Shown piece after piece: positions 63,325 to 64,000 of a stretch of 64,000 bases of DNA. The notes beneath the pieces were generated by a model that was given only the letters and a program-made list of their open reading frames with translations, was not told the DNA's origin and did no database searches. This DNA is from Octopus bimaculoides (taxonomy: Eukaryota): positions 72,753,741 through 72,817,740 of the forward strand of contig NC_068991.1 of the NCBI RefSeq assembly GCF_001194135.2, in the 5' to 3' direction. Each line of letters begins with the position of its first letter. Within the stretch, counting starts at the first letter, position 1. A program made the translations under genes and the position numbers.

Positions 63325-64000
63325 TACAAGTGGGAAGTCGAAAATTATCGACACTTTCACCCACACTTTCCTTAGGTTGGCTGCACTCCGTTCAGCGTTC
63401 GCCTGTGAAAAGGTAGCGAACTTATGGTTACGTAACCGAAGTTTGACCCTGATCGATCCAGTCTTCTTAATGCCCACTGCGCTGGCAATGTGCACTAAGG
63501 AAGAACAGAGATCAGTGATCCAATTTCTCCGGTCTGAAAATGTTTCAGGGACTGAAATTAATCAAAGAATATGTGGACAACGATCTACTATGAATGAGTG
63601 TGAATGAGTGGATCGAGAAGTTTGAAAATGGCCAGCCAAACGTGAAGCGCGAAGAGGGTGCAGGACGCTCATGAACCGCCACCAACAAATCCAAGAAGTT
63701 CGAGAGATGATTGTGGCGAACAGACGAATGATCATCGATGAGGTGGTATGTTCTTTGAAAATTAGTCATGGTTCTGCATACGAACTCATCCATGACAAGC
63801 TTCGCTTCCGTAAAGTCTGTGAGAGATGAGTGCTAAAAAATCTTATCAATATGAAGTCACATGGAGATCTGTCAACGCTTACTCGTCCTCTACAAAGGTG
63901 AAGCTTTTATGAAGAGAATAGTCTCGAGAGATGAGAACTGGGCCCATCACTTTGAGCCAAAAGTCAAAAGGTAGACTATGGAGTGGAAGCAGCCGTAATC
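63325..64000 (+). mobile_element. Mariner transposon 5' half (decayed), truncated by the window edge
   Basis: TA-CAAGTGGGAAGTCGAAAATTATC TIR-like start. Translation gives MCTKEEQRSVIQFL..EWIEKFENG..GRS..IHDKLRFRKVC..RIVSRDENWAHHFEP..TMEW (first catalytic D motif). Confidence 0.9.

Overview
AT-rich animal genomic DNA from a draft assembly with many N gaps, very rich in microsatellites. The tRNA-derived SINE families and repeat load look like a coleoid cephalopod, most likely Octopus (inference from recalled repeat families, not a database hit). No intact protein-coding gene can be demonstrated, and nearly all of the supplied ORFs are artefacts of microsatellites, N gaps or SINEs. What the sequence supports is a dense transposon landscape: decayed LINE fragments (Tx1/L1-like, two CR1-like, two R4/Dong-like with RLE, an RTE derivative), Penelope-like GIY-YIG fragments, Tc1 and mariner transposase relics, MITEs, a Helentron-type non-autonomous element, and four SINE families that I label A-D by head sequence. 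The most interesting observations: (1) the Tx1/L1-like LINE shares its 3' terminal ~50 nt with one SINE-A tail variant, and that variant forms head-to-tail dimers with the same junction; (2) a Tc1 transposase interrupted by a 121-bp spliceosomal-type intron; (3) an inverted telomeric-repeat palindrome inside a MITE-like element; (4) ~330-bp direct repeats enclosing a 209-bp near-perfect palindrome; (5) a cluster of perfect hairpins at 29.6-29.8 kb; (6) a weak candidate 5' end of a minus-strand gene beginning MGNNF(S/R). LINE and SINE boundaries are approximate to about 10-30 bp.
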